Origin: Candidatus Nanopelagicales bacterium
GTDB lineage: Bacteria > Actinomycetota > Actinomycetes > S36-B12 > JBBQYX01
Direction of reading: 5' to 3'
Assembly: GCA_038208295.1 (NCBI GenBank)
Contig: JBBQYX010000005.1
Location: 14,213 to 78,212, forward strand
Length of the DNA stretch: 64,000 nucleotides
In this document: piece after piece, positions 61,935 through 64,000 of the stretch
Position numbering within the stretch: the stretch's first letter is position 1
Layout of the letters: every line of letters begins with the position of its first letter
Position numbers and translations under genes: made by a program
The notes under the pieces: generated by a model
Database searches by the model: none
What the model saw: the letters and a program-made list of their open reading frames with translations, nothing else
What the model was told of the DNA's origin: nothing

Positions 61935-62666
61935 TCACGCGGGTAAACGGGATGAGGTCCGAGCGCCACCCGCGGGCGCGGACACGGCCCGGGACAGCGC
62001 TGCGGCGACAGTGGGCAATGCGTTCAGCACCATTGCCCTGCGTACGGGGTCCAGTTGGTAGAGGTCCGAGGCGGGATCGCCTGCGGGCGCGATCCCGCCG
62101 ACGAGCACCATGCCGATCAGTTCCCGGCCGACCCGGATGAAGGAGCGGGCGCACTCGAAGCCGAGATGTCCCACCGAGAAGCGGGCCTGCAGGTCGACAT
62201 CCTCGGCTAGCGCGCGCCACTCGGCCGCGCAGGAGGCGACGACGTCCGGGTCGTCACCGGATGCCACGAAGCGCGGGCACGGGTTGAACACCCGGGTGAC
62301 CGGGTGAGCGGCCATGTCGGTCACGACCAGCATCACCCCGAGCAGGTCGGCGGCCAGTTCCATGATGATCGAGACCAGGTCGGAGCCCAGGGCCGCTACT
62401 GCCTCGAGTGCCGGGGTGGTCGCGCCGCTCGGCGACTCGGTTGTGGCCGGGCTGCCCGTGCGGCCCCAGCGGTCGTCGGACACGGGTACGGGGCCGGTGG
62501 CCCGAAGGAGTTCCTGCAGCCGGTCGGCCGGGAACCGCCATTGCCGACCGACCTTGATCGCGGGCAGCCGGCCGTCCGCAGCCATCCGGTACACCGTGGA
62601 CGCATCGACGGACAGCAGGTCCTGCACCTCCGCGACGGTGAGCGGGGGTGGCTGGGAGCGAGGCAC
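61935..62666 (-). CDS. transcriptional regulator: excisionase/MerR-type HTH fused to a PocR sensory domain
   Basis: LTVAEVQDLLSVDASTVYRMAADGRLPAIKVGRQWRF (HTH_17), then NPCPRFV...C...GHLGFECARSFIRVGRELIGMVLVGG (PocR pattern). Confidence 0.8.
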   Translation of the reverse strand: MPRSQPPPLTVAEVQDLLSVDASTVYRMAADGRLPAIKVGRQWRFPADRLQELLRATGPVPVSDDRWGRTGSPATTESPSGATTPALEAVAALGSDLVSIIMELAADLLGVMLVVTDMAAHPVTRVFNPCPRFVASGDDPDVVASCAAEWRALAEDVDLQARFSVGHLGFECARSFIRVGRELIGMVLVGGIAPAGDPASDLYQLDPVRRAMVLNALPTVAAALSRAVSAPAGGARTSSRLPA

Positions 62667-62839
62667 ACCTGCAGGTTATGCGGGAGATGTGGGTCTATGC
62701 AGGGTCGAATGGCCTGAGCTCACATGATGTGGGCAGTATTCTGCAGTTTGTACCCGGAAGTGCCTACTCCTGCGTGGCCGACCCATGTCGTCACGATGGC
62801 AGCGTGCGTCGGGCCGCACGGCACGGCAGGATCGCGCGC

Positions 62840-63661
62840 ATGTCCGATGAGCAGCCCCACCGCGCGGGGGGATCCGCGCCCGGAGCGGGAACCACAGTCG
62901 ACAACCCACGCCCCCTCGGCCGCCGCGACCTGATCAGCGAGATGCTGCTGGTGCTGGGGGTGTCCGTCGGTGCCAGCGCGCTGCGATCCGGCCTGTCGCT
63001 GGTGGACTCGCTGACAGTGGGCCGGCCGCTGTCCCAGCAGTCCCGCTCGCTGGTCATCTCCTACACCCCGGACCGACCCTGGCTGGACCTGGCACACCAC
63101 CTGGTGGCCATCGGTTTGGCGCTGGTACCGGTCGCCCTGGTCGTCCATCTGCTGGCCCGCAGCGGGGAGGGCCGGCGCGCGATCGGTTTCGACGCCAGCC
63201 AACCCGGTCGGGATCTGTTGCGCGGTGCCGTGGTAGCCGCCGTCGTCGGCGGGATCGGGTTGCTGGTCTATATCGGTGCGTACCAAGCGGGTTTCAGCGT
63301 ACGGATCGCTGCGGTCACCGCCGAGGACCGCTGGTACACCGTTCCGGTGCTGTTGCTCTCCGCCCTGGAGAATGGGGTTCTCGAGGAGGTCATCGTCCTG
63401 GGTTATCTGCTGCACCGGCTGGCCCAACTCGGCGTACGGCCCTGGCGCGCGATCGGCATCAGCGCCCTGCTACGCGGCAGTTATCACCTCTATCAGGGCT
63501 TCGGGGGGTTCTTCGGAAACCTCGCGATGGGCATTCTGTTCGGCATCCTCTACCGCCGTTGGGGTCGCTGTATGCCCCTGGTGGTCGCGCACACCCTCAT
63601 CGATGCAGTCGCCTTCGTCGGCTACTTCTACCTGCGCGGCACGGTGTCCTGGCTGCCCTGA
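62840..63661 (+). CDS. CPBP family intramembrane glutamic endopeptidase (CAAX protease-like)
   Basis: Inner ATG 62840. Motifs ENGVLEEVIVLGYL, RGSYHLYQG, VAHTLIDAV. Confidence 0.85.
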   Translation: MSDEQPHRAGGSAPGAGTTVDNPRPLGRRDLISEMLLVLGVSVGASALRSGLSLVDSLTVGRPLSQQSRSLVISYTPDRPWLDLAHHLVAIGLALVPVALVVHLLARSGEGRRAIGFDASQPGRDLLRGAVVAAVVGGIGLLVYIGAYQAGFSVRIAAVTAEDRWYTVPVLLLSALENGVLEEVIVLGYLLHRLAQLGVRPWRAIGISALLRGSYHLYQGFGGFFGNLAMGILFGILYRRWGRCMPLVVAHTLIDAVAFVGYFYLRGTVSWLP

Positions 63662-63677
63662 TCGTCGTGCCGTCAAC

Positions 63678-64000
63678 TCAACGACGCCGGTTCAACACCA
63701 GGGACACCGCCCGGGCAAGCTGCGGGCGCAGGGGTAGATCCCACTCCCCCAGATACTCCACGCAGTCGCCACCCAGGCCGAGTTTGAATCGCAGCAGCCC
63801 CAGGTGCGGATCGTCGGCGGACAATCCGTCGCCGATGCCGCGCAGGTCGTACGCCGAGGCCCCGGACTCCACCGAGTCGGTCAACATCTGCCACTGCATC
63901 GCGTTGCTGGGCCGCAGGTCCCGGCCGGCATCCGAGGAACCCCCGTAGGTGTAGGACACCCGCTGCCCCGTGCGTACCCACCAGGCGGCGGCGTGCGTGA
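63678..64000 (-). CDS. FemAB-family peptidoglycan bridge-forming aminoacyltransferase, C-terminal part (gene continues past window end)
   Basis: The frame stays open upstream of the track ORF: ...AAAWWVRTGQRVSYTYGGSSDAGRDLRPSNAMQWQM...YDLRGI...LLRFKLGLGG. Confidence 0.8.
   Translation of the reverse strand, partial: THAAAWWVRTGQRVSYTYGGSSDAGRDLRPSNAMQWQMLTDSVESGASAYDLRGIGDGLSADDPHLGLLRFKLGLGGDCVEYLGEWDLPLRPQLARAVSLVLNRRR

Overview
This is a high-GC (about 70% by spot counts) Actinomycetota chromosomal window. It is almost fully coding, with about 60 protein genes. I recognised no rRNA, tRNA, CRISPR array or mobile element by eye. The backbone is housekeeping synteny known from Mycobacterium and Streptomyces: whiB3(whiD)-groEL1-groES with tandem CIRCE operators; pta-ackA; a ppx block; radA-disA-(membrane protein)-mutY; clpC1-lsr2; a long translationally coupled minus-strand run (DUF2520-nadB-nadC-coaX-lysS-GNAT); ftsH-folE-folP-folB/K-DUF3180; hpt-tilS-metalloprotease-dacB; and ppa. 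Accessory pieces are interspersed: a GH63-like hydrolase, an L,D-transpeptidase, AdhE, a CtpE-like P-type ATPase coupled to ppx, a bPH-bPH-P450 operon divergent from an orphan NuoD-like protein, and an Opu-type ABC transporter. The most notable item is a lower-GC five-gene operon at 59057..62666: PocR-HTH regulator, SQR-like flavoprotein, DUF1641, single-Cys DsrC/TusE and a DsrE-family protein. It looks like an uncharacterised sulfide/persulfide relay. A second recurring signal is short tandem duplication exactly at gene ends and stop/start junctions. One example is a six-unit 17-19 bp array that builds a chain of ATGA-coupled mini-ORFs between the ATPase and the downstream isomerase gene. All calls come from reading the sequence and the ORF translations. 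No database search or computation was possible, so family assignments rest on recognised motifs and remembered homologues.
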